Source of the DNA: the human T2T-CHM13v2.0 reference genome, Homo sapiens | NCBI RefSeq assembly: GCF_009914755.1 | Contig: NC_060925.1 | DNA: 64,000 nucleotides | Reading direction: 5' to 3' (one strand) | Part shown: piece after piece, positions 47,001-60,460 of the stretch | Layout: each line of letters opens with the position of its first letter | How positions within the stretch are numbered: position 1 is the first letter of the stretch | Notes under the pieces: generated by a model | The model's input: the letters and a program-made list of their open reading frames with translations, nothing else | Database searches by the model: none | What the model was told of the DNA's origin: nothing | Translations under genes and position numbers: made by a program

Positions 47001-47230
47001 GCAATGGTTGATCAACCCCTGTTACTGGCTTGTAAAGTCAATGCAGTGCATTATGACCTGATGTTTTTAATGTAATAAATAGAATAGACAAATATCCAAG
47101 TGCATCGGATGTAAAAAGTATTGTTTTCTGAAATTTTGACTTTAATTATCAATATGTAAGTGTGCACAGGGTCATCAGGTAAACTATATTTCTTACTATG
47201 GATCATAATCAAAAAAGTTTGAAAGCTGTG
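47001..47230. mobile_element. hAT-Charlie MITE (Charlie15-like)
   Basis: Ends ...tatttcttactatggatc...aaaaaagtttgaaagc; resembles the recalled consensus. Confidence 0.55.
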
Positions 47231-47238
47231 GCTCTAAA

Positions 47239-47239
<1 letters not shown>

Positions 47240-47278
<39 letters not shown>

Positions 47279-47283
47279 ACACG
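47240..47283. repeat. (CA)n microsatellite at an Alu tail
   Basis: About 21 CA units with one interruption. Confidence 0.95.
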
Positions 47284-47284
47284 T

Positions 47285-47540
47285 TTTTGAGACAGAGTCT
47301 AGCTCTGTTACCCAGACCAGAGACTGGAGTGAAGTGGCATGATTATAGCTCACTGCATCATCAAACTCCTGGGCACAAGCGATCCTCCCACCTTAGCCTC
47401 CTAAGTAACTGGGACTAAAGACTCTTGCTACCATGCCTAGCTAGTTTTTAAATTTTTTGAATACACAGGGTCTAGTTTTGGTGTCCAGGCTGGTCTTGAA
47501 CTCTTTGCTTCAAGCAATCCTCCTGCCTCAGCCTTCCAAA
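47285..47540 (-). mobile_element. AluJ
   Basis: Reverse Alu, diverged. Confidence 0.88.
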
Positions 47541-48049
47541 CACTAAGCACAATGTCAGGCACATAGACATCTGTAAATACTGAATGAGTTAAACAAACTG
47601 TCCAAGTTCCGCCATCTATTGACTGAGTAAACATCAGCAAATCAATTAATTATCATTTTTGAGACATGTGGACACTGTTGTTGACTATTAAATCTAATAA
47701 AGGGAATATAAAACAAGTAGAAGAGACTCCTTGGGACAAGAGTCTAAATCATTATTTGATACCAAGGGGCCTTGAGGAGATAATAATATGAAAAGAAAAA
47801 CCCCAAGTTTAACGTAGAGCAATGGAGGGTGATGTCTTGGCGAGGGCTAAAAATCAAAGCATGTTTCTGACTGTCCCAAAGGAGTTCATGTGATGGACTA
47901 TTCAAGAATAAAAATTATCTCAATTTACTAAAAGATGGACTAGAACCCAAAATGTAAAATTCAATAGAAATAATGTTAAATCCAACACTTATTTGTTTTT
48001 AAAACTTTGTAAGGATGGGATAGCCAGAAAGTATGTAAAAGAGTGTGCT

Positions 48050-48298
48050 CTAGAGGCAGAAAGTAAAATAGTGATTGCTAGAGGTTAGAAATGGGAGAAA
48101 TGGAGGAGTTCCTATTCAATAAAGTTTCAATAGGTATAAAGTTTCAGTTATGCAAAATGAAAAATTTCTAGGGATCTGCTATACAACATTGTGCCCATAG
48201 TTAGCTATACTGTACCGTACACTTAAAAATCTGTGAAGAGAATAGTTTGTGTTACGTGTTTTTTAACCACAGTAAAAAAAAAAAAAAAAAAAAAAAAG
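48050..48298 (+). mobile_element. L1MA/L1MB 3' end with A-tail
   Basis: gtttcagttatgcaaaatga...gatctgctatacaacattgtg...A-run. Confidence 0.8.
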
Positions 48299-49431
48299 GA
48301 GAGAGCCTACTACGTAAAATAAATTTGAAGTCTGAAAAAATAAATTGAACTATTTTAAAATCTCCTTTCCCTCCTGAGAATCCCTCAGAAATGACAGTAA
48401 ATATATGAAAAAGGTATAAATCTGTAATAGCAAAGAAAAAGAGAAACAAGCCATCATATTCTGAGTGATTTCAACCACTTCTTCATGGAATGTGAAAAGA
48501 GGTGAGTAGGAGTGGTACCTAATGAAACAGGGGAGGGAATTCAGGGGGGTGCTTCAAAGAGATATCCATCTGCCCTGGAGGATGCCACAGTGGTTTGGGC
48601 TCCAAAGCACTAGATATTACAGTTCTACAGAAGGAAGGAGTTAGCTGTGCAAGTGGAAGCAGTGAGAGACATTGAACATTTTCATCAGATGAAAAGGATC
48701 TCCTGCCCACACAACTGCTCTGATTCATCTCTAATTCATTTCCTTAAATCATGTGTAAGTGTCTTTATTTTAACTATTATTAGCAATATATTTATTGAGA
48801 TGCATTTTATCACTTCTAATTTGGGGACCTCTTGGACTATGTGATCCATGGTGAACAGACGTCTATTCACTAATCTCGCTACTCACAGTAAGAGTCTCAC
48901 CCTAAAGCCAGCTAGGAGCACATGGAGTAAACAGAGGCAAGGTCTTCACCTTCATGTTGCTTGATTTCTGTCTTTCTGCTAAATGTTTTAAACCATAAGC
49001 AAGCTCAATTTATAATTCTACCACTCAGAAATATATACTGTCAATAGGTTGTGATATTGCTTCCCTGCCTTTTTTTATTTAAAGAAATAAAGAGGCAATG
49101 GATAAAACTAAAGTCCCTGGACTTTATATTAAATATAGTCCTGCTGAACCTGCTGGCACCTTGATCTTGAACTTCCCAGCTTCCAGGGCTGTGAGAAATC
49201 AATTTCCATTGCTTATAAAGTACCCAGTCTCAGGTATTTTGTTATAACAGCACAAACTAAGACAATATGGATTCATTAAAAGTATATAGTTTATGTTGCT
49301 TTTTGATTTTTTTAATGAAAAAAAGAGGACTCTCATGTCCATTATTTTTCCCCTTTCATCACACTTAGTACCTGTTAAGATTTTCGTGTATGGTATTCCA
49401 GGTCATTTTTTAATGTCCTCATATACATATG

Positions 49432-49799
49432 TACTATGATCTGAACGTTTCCCTCAAAATTCATGTGTTAAAACTTAATAATCACCAATGTGTTAATATT
49501 AAGAGGTGGGGCCTTTAGGAGGTGATTAAGCCATGAGGTCAAAGCTCTCATGGATGAGATTAGAGCCCTTATAAAAGGGCTTGAGGGAGGGGGTTCATTT
49601 TCTTCTGCTTTTCTGCCATGTTAGGAGACAGCAACAAGGCACCATCTTGGAGAAGCAGAGAGCAGCTCTCATCAGACACCGAACCTGCTGGCACCTTGAT
49701 CTTGAACTTCTCAGCTTGCAAAACTGCCAGAAATAAATTTCTTTTGTTTATAAAGCACCCAGTCTCAGGTATTTTGTTATAGCAGCACAAACTAAGACA
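49432..49799 (+). mobile_element. MaLR solo LTR (MSTC/MSTD-like)
   Basis: MST-type body ending ctaagaca; 5-bp TSD ATATG at 49427-49431 and 49800-49804. Confidence 0.88.
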
Positions 49800-50149
49800 A
49801 TATGAATTCATAAAAAGTATATAGTAATTATTGGTATGTGTTTTGATTTATATAAATATAATCTGCATCTTTTGTTATTTAAGATTATGATTTTTTGTTT
49901 TTGTTTTTAGATTATAATGACAACTAACACTACTGAATAATTTCTATGTATTAATCACTTTTTAAAACACTTCATATATTTACACATTTAATTCTCACAA
50001 CAAAAGCATGAGATAAGTGGTATAATTTTTGCTATTTCAAAGAGAAAACCCTCTGATCATATAAATGGAAATGAAATTGTTCAGGATTAAAAAGCATCGG
50101 TACTAACATAGGAAGTGTAAAGTCTATACCTCCAGTTTATGCTTTTTAA

Positions 50150-51447
50150 TTGCTGGAAAGAATTATATCATATGCAAATATAATTGAATTTCTTTATAGA
50201 CCCATTGTTAAATATTTAGGTCATTTCTAATTGTTTGCTTCTGGCAAAAGTACTTAAATTAATATTCCTATATATGCCCCCGGAGCAGTTTATCTATAAT
50301 GTAGTTCATAAAGTGGGACAGCTGAGAGGTGTAACAGTACAAAATTATCACACAGTCAGACCAATTTAGACTCCTAACAGAAATAAATGAGAGCCTCATT
50401 TTCCCAAATATGAAACACTTGCCAGGCTTTAATTTTTTCCAGTGACAGGCAAAAAATACCAAGTCATTTTCATTTGTGCCTTTCTAATTACTAGGGAATT
50501 TGAGCTTCTATTCATATACACATTGGCCACTGTAATTTTTCTTCCATTAGTTGTATATTTCCATTTTTTAAACAACTTTACTATCTGGCTTTTTAATATT
50601 GGTGTGCAAGAATTCTTTATAAAAATAATGAAACTAAAAATGGGAGAAAGAAGAAAAGTAGAATTAGATCATTGATTGTTGCAGAAGCAGTTAAAGGATA
50701 CCAATAAAATTGGATAAACCAGATAACAGGTTAAATAAGAAAACAGGAGATGAAAGACACTAAGAAAAGTGTATGTACAAAGGTAACCATTAGAACAGAA
50801 ATATAAATCTTAATCTTCCTACATACCAAAAAAAAAGAAAGATTAAAAAACAAAGAATAAACAGTTCATAGAGAGTGACATATAGGAAAATCATAAAAGA
50901 CATAATTATTCAATACTGTGTGACAGAATTTTGAGACCAAACATATAAGTTATATCAATAAATGTAAATGTGCATAAATTTTCCATTAAAAGAGAAGTTT
51001 TAGTTAGGCTTACAAATAAAACCCAGCCTGGTTAACAAAGTGAGACCCCATCTCTACAAAAACAGTTTTTAAGAAAGATAGCCAGGCAACACGGTGAAAC
51101 CCCGTCTCTACTAAAAATACAAAAAATTAGCCGGGCATGGTGGCGGGCGCCTGTAGTTCCAGCTACTCCGGAGGCTGAGGCAGGAGAATGGCGTGGACCC
51201 CCGGGAGGCGGAGCTTGCAGTGAGCCGAGATCCCGCCACTGCACTCCAGCCTGAGCGACAGAGCGAGACTCCGTCTCAAAAAAAAAAAAAAAAAAAAAAA
51301 AAAGGAAAAGAAAAAAAAGAAAAGAAAGTTAGCCAGGCATGCAGTAGGCTGAGGCAGGAGGATTACTTGAGCCCAGGAGTTCAAGGCTGCAGTGAGCTAT
51401 GATAGTGTACACTCCAACCCTGGGCAACAGAACAAGACTCCACCTCC

Positions 51448-51483
<36 letters not shown>

Positions 51484-52910
51484 AGAAGTAAGACCTAACT
51501 ATATTCTGTATACAAAGGACATACCTAAAACAAAGTTATTTAGAAAGATTAAAAATAAAGAAATGGACAAGGGTATAATTGACATAAACAGCAAGAACGC
51601 AAGAGAAGTAAACCTGACAGACAATAAATCCAAGTCAAAATGTATTGAATATAACAAAGGTAAATACTTTTTAAGGCTTAAAAGCCACAACTTAAAATGG
51701 AAATATTAAATATAAATATTTTTGCACAAAGTAACACAGCAACTACCTTTCTAGTACATAGAAACATGCTAATAATCAGAGACTGGCATGCCTCATTCTT
51801 AGTACAAGAAAGAAGACAAAAAATAAGTATTATGGTCAAACACACACACATACACACACACTCACACGTACTTCTTATGGATATATATCAAACTCTACAC
51901 CCTGCTAATAGAGAATCTAACTTCTTCTCAAATACCTATGAAATATTCACAGAAAATTAGGATATAACAATTCAAAAAGAAAATTAGTTAAGTCCAATTA
52001 AGTAGAAATATTACAAAAAATGTTCTATGATTGCAGTGAATTAAAACTAGATGTGATTAACAAAACCAAAAAGGCCCTTCCTCCTGGAAATTCAAAAACT
52101 TTCTATTAAATAACTGAGTGAAAAGAAGAAATACAAATTGAAATTACAGAGTATCTTACACTAAATTTCCACGTGTACTTAAGTCTATTTCTGAACTATT
52201 CTTTTCCACCAGTATATTTGTCCTTTCGATTACCAGTAGAATACTGTTTTAATTATGCGAGATTGGTAGTGTTTAATGTCTAGGTATTCATGTATATCCA
52301 TTCTTTTCAAGTTGAACCTTAGTATCAAGTCTTTTATTCCCTACAAAAGCTTGTTGAAATTTTTATTAGGATTGTGTTAAATTTATAAATGAATTTAGGG
52401 AGAACTGACATCTTTATAGCATTAAGTCATCCTATCCCAAGACAGGAATATCTTACCATTTGTTTGAGTCTACTTGTGTATCTGCCAAGAGTGTTTTATA
52501 ATTTTCCTTTTGTTGGTTTTATACGTTTCTTGCTAAGTTTATCCCTAAGTATTTAATCTTCTTTGCTTCTATTATAAATGGGATTTTCTCTACCATTATG
52601 TCCTCTAATTAATTTCTTATTAAGTGTATATTTTGATACCTCACTGAATTATATTATTGTTCAAGTTAGTTTTATTGTCAGTTTTCTAGGGTATTTGAGG
52701 CTTGCTGTCATAGCTTCTGCAAGAAAGAGATAGTTTTCTTTTTCTTTACCAAATTTTATGCCTCTAAGTGATTTTCTTTATGTTATCTAATATCTATAGT
52801 ACAATATTGAGAAGGGCATATTTTTGCATTATTCCTGATATTAGTGGACATTTTCTAGTGTTTCCTCAATAAGTATGATATTGGTTTTAAGATTACAACT
52901 GTAATTTTCT
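50150..52910. mobile_element. Composite old L1M fragments (minus about 50150-50620, plus about 50620-52160, minus about 52160-52910)
   Basis: Strand-switching A-rich and T-rich L1-like sequence. Confidence 0.6.
51025..51480 (+). mobile_element. AluJ fragment containing a nested 5'-truncated AluY (51089-51321)
   Basis: 18-bp TSD AAGAAAG(A/T)TAGCCAGGCA at 51071-51088 and 51322-51339. Confidence 0.9.
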
Positions 52911-52932
52911 TTTTCTGTATGTCTTTATTCTT

Positions 52933-53235
52933 TTTTTTTTCTGGGACAGGGTCTGGCTCTATCAGCCAGGCTGGAGTGCAGTGGTGCAATCTCAGCTCAC
53001 TATAACCTCTGCTTGTTAGGCTCAAGTCATCCTCTCACCTCAACTTCCCAAGTTCCTAGGACTACAGATATGCACCACCACGCCCAACTAATTTTTTTTT
53101 TCGTATTTTTTGGGGTACAGACAGGGTTTCTCCATGTTGCCCATGCTGGTCTCGAGCTCCTGGGCTCAAGCAATCCGCTTGCCTTGTCCTCCCAAAATGC
53201 TGGGCTTACAGGCACAAGCCACCCACCATGCCAGG
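52933..53235 (-). mobile_element. AluJ
   Basis: TSD CTGTATGTCTTTATTCTT at 52915-52932 and 53236-53253. Confidence 0.92.
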
Positions 53236-56139
53236 CTGTATGTCTTTATTCTTATTAAAGAATTATCAATTATTTCTGAATTAAACATTTTAATGACTAT
53301 ACATTTTACTTCTAAGATTTCTATTTGATTCTTTTCAATAACTGTTCTTGTTCTAGTTTTATGGATATAATGGCCTGGCTTAATTGCCCTGAAATTTTTT
53401 TAAACACTTTTAAAGGATTCCAGTGACTTTTTAGGAGGCAGTAGAATATAGGGGTTAAGAGTACAGACTGAAGAAAGAGAGAAAGTATCTCAATTCAAAC
53501 TATAGTTCTATCACTGTCTAACTGTGACACTGGGCAAATTACTTAAAATTTGAGCACCTCTGTATTTTCTATAAAGTGAAATTAAAGGAGACAATGCCTA
53601 AAAGTGTTTATAACAGTGCCTTACACACAATGAGCACTCAACAAAGATTTGCTATTGAAATTACCTTTTTTTAAAAAATTTTTTTCCATGACACTGAATT
53701 TACTCATGGCTTTTAATTTCTGTCTAGGATTTCATCTTCTATGGAATTACCTCCTCTAAGAGTTTTCTCCCAAGGCAAACTGCATGAAAGTCAGGTCTCT
53801 ACGTTGGCTATGCCTGGCTCTACTGTATACACTGGCTTTTGAACCTGGTCATATGTTGGTGTCTTGGTTGGAATCTGGAGAATGGAGTGGGGGAATGAAT
53901 AGTTTAAATCTGGATTATGCATATGGAAGACTCAAGCTAAGAGCATTTAGGAATCCTGAATTAAGCCAAGAGTAAACAGGAGTGAAATGGGTAAGGTTTG
54001 ATTCAGGTTTATCTAAGTTAATTGACTGAAAAAATACCCTGAAGATCATGATGTCAGAGAAGTTGTGGGTGCAGAACTCCATTTGTAAGAAATTTGCTAG
54101 TGAATGGGAGTTGAGGTAGTTAAAGCAATGAGCAAAGATTTCTTTTTTCAGGAGGTTAAGGGTGATTGGAAGGAGAGAAATGGTACGTTAACTTAAGGAG
54201 CCATAAGGTTAATTATGTTTAATAGGAGAATGAAATGTGAGCAGAGTGAATGGAGTGGGAAGGCTGAGGTTTGGAAATGTGTAGGTCCATTCTGAGACAA
54301 AGTGAAAAGAAAATGAATAAAATGATGATTCTAAGAAAACGTATTAAGGGAACAAAATGTGAGGAGTCTGGGGGCTTTTTTGGTAAGTCCTTCTTAGTTG
54401 AGGAGGTGGTGAAGGCATAGAAGTTTAGAAAGATTCTCACTAGCTCTTTTCGCTTGGTTCATGAAAGAATCGTGACTGGAAAACTATATTCTGTTACATT
54501 ATTAAATGTTTTGATAGAATTTTCTCTGGGGGATGGCCTCACTGTATCTAAACTCCACTCAACTATAGAATAAGATGATTCTAATGGAAATTCCAGGAAT
54601 TTCTCACCACATATGATATATGAGAAGTAGGATGGAGTTGGGTTCAGGCTCCATGCTTTTTGCCTCTGGATAATATTTATAAACAAGGAGTCCTACTCTG
54701 TCTCTGAAAAGAACAGTCAACATAGTTTTATGAGAGCTGCTTTTCTGGTATAATTACTCTAATGCTGTATTTATCCTCAAGGTCAGTAGTGGCCATTAAA
54801 AAAAGCTGTCCCTTTCCCTGGAGAACAGCATCCTCCCCCGACAAATAATTTCTGTTGGAAGAACATTCTGTAAGTCCATGTTCTCACTACAAATATTATC
54901 CAATGTAGTACTGAAGGACATTTTAAAAACAAAGTCCTTTTTGATCTTTCTGAGCCAAAATGTCTTCGACTTAATTCCTTTTCCACAAAATAAGAAACAT
55001 CTTTTGGATTGAGGATTAGTCTTGCAATTCCTACTCTCCTTCTTCACAAATGTCTTTATTTAGTTTTGGTTCCCATGTCTGAATGAGTGATTTGAATAGA
55101 TGGCCTCTAAGTTCCCTTCCATTTCTAACATGCTGGGGCTCTTTGAGTCTGGGTGATTACAGCTATTGTGTCTTATTTCCTTGGTATACACTAAGCTTCT
55201 TGAGGATAAATAGGGAACATGTTTTATTTGTCTTTGGGTCCCCCAAAACATGTAGGCTGGAGAACCTGTATAAGTAAATCTCTGTTACTGAAAAAAATAC
55301 ATAAGTTAATTAAATAAATAGGAATACCCACAAATATCATAGCATTGCCTGGAAATATTGTCTTAATGAGAACTAGAAAAGAAAGGCTCTTCAAGGTGGA
55401 CAAAACACCTAAGTACATGGCTTGATTCTCAAAGCACCAAGGCACAGGCACTGGCTCATCAGATAACCAACCTCTTTTGGCTGTGTGCTATTGTGCAGAA
55501 CACAACCTCCATAACTGTGCTGGGCATGCCTGCCACTGACACACAGCATCTTAGCTCCAGTGAAGCCTGAGGAGCAGGCTTCCTTATAGCTCCCTCACTG
55601 TTCTGCATGTAAGTCAAGGGGACAGCTGTCCTGGGAGCCAATACACCACTAACCTAAGTATCTAGACCACAGCCACAAAATGATATACACTCTCCTCCAA
55701 TATACTATTAGGGATCAACACCATCCTATATTATGTCTCTGTTTACCTCAGGCACCTGCAGAGGTAAAGCCTCACTATTCATCAACTATTAATCTCACAC
55801 TATTTTGTTCCAATTCCTTTTTCTCTTATATCCATATCACTGGCCCTCCTATATCTGTGTCTTTATGAATTAGCTTATGCTCCCTATCTTTTTCTTCTTC
55901 TCTTTTCACTTCTACCACTTCCTAGACTTCAATGAAATTGAACTGTAGCTCACACAAGAAAAAATAAATATAATTTTAATTTTCTTTACTTGTATCCTGT
56001 GGATCGCAGGATCAAAAGGTAATTTAGTCTTCCCTTTTGCTGTACATAGTTATTTTCAGATTAACAAGCCTCCTTGGTTTCACAAAATTAATTTATCCAT
56101 TAAAACTCATGTCCTGGATATAACACATGGCAGATGCTA

Positions 56140-56620
56140 TTAGTTGCTACGCATTACTTGCTTTTTTCCAAAAAAAAAGAAAACTGATTTTGAATGGAGC
56201 AAAAATATGCCCAGGTTTAAAGGAAAAATTAAAACTTAAGTTTCCCTTGAAGCTAAGATTAGCCATGTCACATGGTTTTAGTTAATGTGGTGTAAACACA
56301 AAATACTGGACAGAATTCGCAAGAAGTCACTGGAAATGGGGGAAGAGTCAGCTGGCTCTCTCATTTTGTCCCCCTCCTCTCCATTCTTTCTGAGTGTAAT
56401 GCTAACTTGATGATGGATCTTCATAACCATGAGGCAGCAAGCATGGAGGCAAAAGCCACAAGCTAAAGATGGTTTAGAGGAAGGATAAAAGGAGGCTATT
56501 GGCATTATGTGGCTACTGTTTACAGCCTGGAGAGCCTACATCCAGGCTTCTGGATATGCAAGGAAAACAAAACTCTTTGTTTATTTAATCCATGTTTGAA
56601 GCTAAATAAAACAAAACTAA
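56140..56620 (+). mobile_element. Ancient ERVL/MaLR LTR (LTR33/LTR16-like)
   Basis: gccatgtcacatggttttagttaatg, accatgaggcagcaagc motifs; highly diverged. Confidence 0.5.
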
Positions 56621-56699
56621 CTTCTCCCTCCTGGTTTTTCCTCCTACGCTCCAAGAACTTCAACTGCAGGATCACAATCTTCCATTCACTGTGTCATCT

Positions 56700-57650
56700 G
56701 TATTCAGGGGAAAGCCCCCCTGAATCTCCCTTCAGTTGACATTTCCACCATGGATTTAAAAACACTCATTTCTAATTAGCTTTGCATCACTCCACCAATG
56801 ATTCACCCAGAATTTCGTCATTACCAGAAACTTCTCCACCTGCAAGATCTCAAATCCAAACCTTCCGTTTTCTGACACCATCTCCTATTCTTTGAGATTA
56901 ACTGATCAAGTAACCCCATTAAAATAATCTTTTGACCTCATCAGATAATTAATCGATTGAACTCTACTTTCTCACCAGTCTTCAAATCCCTCTTCTATTT
57001 ATTTCCCTACTTTAGTCCCATGGTTGGGCTCCATGGGACTAAAGTATGATTACTGTTGCAAACACTCCCTTGACTCCTGATTTCTCCAATGTATTCTTAT
57101 AGCAAAACCTAAGTCTAATTTCACCAAGAAACTAAATGTTCTTGAAGAAAATCACATAGGTTCTCACACAGGAGAGACAGATTTCATGTTAAATCTGTGA
57201 TCAGTAACTTCAAATGGGTACTTGGCTCTCCCCAGAAATTCTACTAGGTTGCTCTACTAAGTTCAGTTTCCCACTTGCTGAAATGACTATCTCATACCTT
57301 CTCCTCAAGGCGTTGCACCACATCCATACTTCACTTCAGGGTGAATCCTTCAGAAACGAACACCTTCACATTTCTATTACTACATATATATACCCTTGCT
57401 CACAGATACAGGGCCTTGCTCCTTTCTATATAATCTCCCTCTATCTCCTTCATCATCAGTTTCTCCCTTCCTTCGGGCTCATTCTCCATGATCACACAAC
57501 CATGCTTCAGTCTCTCTTCAAGAACCTAGCCTTAATCTCACCCCTACCACCAACCACAGCTCCTTTATCTCTCTCCTCCCCATTATGGCCAAAGTTCTTT
57601 AAAGAATTTTTTCCATATCTAATCTCCATGCCTTCACCTTCTATTTACTA
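56700..57650 (+). mobile_element. L2 fragment(s)
   Basis: CT-rich L2 ORF2-like sequence. Confidence 0.5.
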
Positions 57651-58171
57651 TTCACATTTCTTTTTCTTTAATTTTTGTGTTATTGTTGCTATTTGCTTTT
57701 TGGAATTGAGCTTTAAAAAGTGTTTGCTTTAGTGCAATGGGTAATGTAGCAAACATTCATGTACTCATGACCTAGAATCAAAAATTGCCAAATTTTGTTT
57801 TTTCCAAGATTCTTCATTACTTTGTGGTTTTAAACAAAGAAATCATTGTAGGTGAAGTTGAAATCTCCTTTGTTCTCTTCCCTAGACACACTTTCTTCCA
57901 TTATCAAGAAAACCATTATGATGCATTTAGTTTGCTTTCAAATAACCTTTTATCATTTACTACAAACACACACACATATATATCCATAAACAATCTGAAG
58001 CTAGTTTTGTGTATTTATTTTAAAATATACGTAAAATGGAATGATTCTGAAGCTTTCTTTTTGCCTCAACCTTAGATTCTTGAGATCTACCCATGTTGGT
58101 TTATATTTATCTATGTCATTCATTGTAAATGCTGCATGTATTTCATCGTATATAGTCAAAATCATTTATTT

Positions 58172-58410
58172 GAGAGGCTGCATAGTATAATGGTAGAAAG
58201 CAAGTGTTCTGGAGCCCTGCTGCTTGGGTTTACTCCAAACTCATGTTGCTAACTAGCTATGTGACCTTAGGCAAGTTATCCAAACTCTCTGATGTCAGTC
58301 ACTTCATCTATAAGATATAGTTAATAGATGTAGCTACATTTGGGATTAAATGATTTAACTTATCTAAAGTACCTAGAATCTTTCTGTCTCATAGTAAACA
58401 TGCAATACTA
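58172..58410 (+). mobile_element. MIR
   Basis: actagctatgtgaccttaggcaagtta core. Confidence 0.8.
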
Positions 58411-58717
58411 GTGTGTCAGTGGGAAAACAGATGGCACACTCAAATTAGGATAATTGGAAGAAAGTTTACTTATAAAGGAGCAAATTACAAAAGTGTAGTT
58501 AGACAATAGGAGGACCACAAAGAATAGTACCTTTACCCAAGACGGCAGCTGCGAGAGGGAGCTGTTAACTCTTCTACACCAGAATGAAAGCAAACATTAG
58601 AAAACAAATTAATCTTATAAATAAATTGAAATCTCTTCTCCAGTCTTCTTTCCCCCAGTTTCCTAAGGGAATTATTAGGCATTTGGGTTATATCCAAACT
58701 ACATTTAAAAGTTTTTG

Positions 58718-58875
58718 GGCCAGGCACAGTGGCTCACACCTGTAATCCCAGCACCGTGGAAGGTCAAGGTGGGAGGATCACTAGAGGCCAGAAGTTTGAG
58801 AACAGCCTGGGAAACATAGTGAAACACCGTGTCTATTCATTTAAATAATAATAATAAAAATAAAATAAAATAAAA
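58718..58875 (+). mobile_element. FLAM/AluJ left monomer
   Basis: Single Alu arm with (TAAAA)n tail. Confidence 0.88.
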
Positions 58876-59899
58876 ATTTTATACACACTCCTATATGCAG
58901 ACACCTAAACCTTTTTAGAGAAAAAGTTTGCCAGAGTCAGGCAGAAGTCATGTAATGAAGGCCTCCCAAAGGCATGTTCAGTGGAGCACTGATTCTGTAG
59001 GATGTTAGTGGGTTTCTTGCCAAATAAGGTTAGAAACAGTGTTTAAAACAAAATTAAACAGTTTTTTTCACCAGGACTTCTTAGAGCTTTACCTGTGCTA
59101 ATGTGGGAGTCGGGAAGGAACCCATGAAGAGCACTCCTTACCCCGTCTCAGCCCCTTATCGAAGGCTGCCAAGTGCACAGGGGCCAGGGAGGATTTGCTA
59201 TCCTGAAGACTTGCAAAGGCAAGAGAGGGGGACATGAGGCACCATTTGAGCTTCAATTCCCTTGCAGCCTAGTGGGCCTAGTGAAACCTCTTGGCCTGGG
59301 AAATTTTAACCATATGAAAAGTGACAGTGCAAAGACTCACAAACCAGATGGGCTCCAGCCTTCACAGATTTCCCCCACTGTCTTGTGGAGGAAATAAATC
59401 AATAAGATCCATAAATAAACACTTTTTATTTTGTCTCATCAGAGATCAACTCTATGGTGTATAATAACTAGGCGGATTGACTTCAGCTATAGATAGCACG
59501 GTGGAGATTTATAACCTGTCAGCAAACTACTTTTAGGAGATTTTTCGTAGGTCGTCATTTGCAATCACAAAAACTGTGCTGAGTATAAGAACAGTTACTC
59601 TAATACTGGATTCACTGACGATATTATCATGTAAGACTCAAATAAGTGTCAAGTATTTTGCAGATAACTTTGTAGAACCATTGTGAGCATGCTGTGGGCT
59701 TCAGGGTTCTCAGTTTGTGATGGCCCTGAGAAAGGGTGGATAAAGTTACTTTAAAGTCATTCTAAATGAAACCCAATTTGAAATAAATTTTGATTCACAG
59801 CGACCTCGCCAACTAAACTTCACAACCCCCAAGTACTCACATTACAGTTGGCTTCATAAACTCCACTGGGTTTTTAATGTCAGCTCAAAGTGTGGTCCT

Positions 59900-60190
59900 T
59901 AGCTAACTAATGCAGAAACAGAAAACCAAATACCGCATGTTCTCACATATAAGTGGAGGATAAATGATGAGAATGCATGAACACAAAGAGGGGAACAACA
60001 GACACAGGGGCCTACTTGAAGGAGGAGGGTGGAAGAAGAGAGAGAATAAAAAAAATAACTATTGAGTACTAGGTTTAGTGGCTGGGTGGTGAAATTATTT
60101 GTACAACAAACCTCCATGACACAAGTTTACCTGTATCACAAACCTGCACATGTATCCTTGAATCTAAAATAACAGTTAAAAAAATAAAAA
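59900..60190 (+). mobile_element. Old L1PA 3' end
   Basis: aaaccaaataccgcatgttctcac...aaacctgcacatgtatcc. Confidence 0.88.
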
Positions 60191-60460
60191 GACTCAGCTG
60201 TTCAGTTCACCTTCCCTTTGAAATAGAACCAAAACAATCTGGCCTTTACTCTGGGTTTTTTGCATGAAGGAACACTGATTGTTGAAGAACGGTCCCTGAA
60301 AGACATCAGCATTGGCACTTTTCCTCCCATCAAAGAGAAGAAATTTGGGCCCTAAAATAGAGCACTATTGGCATCCTTCCACAAAATAACTATGCACAGT
60401 CTTTCCTATAAATTATAACATTAAAGAAAACCATTATTTAAGACTAATATTTGTACATAC

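Noticed and set aside
53728-55968. Plus-strand acceptor (ttctgtctag|G near 53728) and AATAAA (55963) as a possible terminal exon of the antisense RNA
   Set aside because: Plausible, but it cannot be linked to the upstream exons from sequence alone.
57214-57732. Longest ORF in the track (172 aa)
   Set aside because: Low-complexity L/S/F/P-rich translation of a CT-rich L2-like fossil; no domain or splice support.
59020-59029. CArG box CCAAATAAGG (SRF; attractive for a mural-cell gene)
   Set aside because: A single 10-mer inside a transposon fossil; several are expected by chance in AT-rich DNA.
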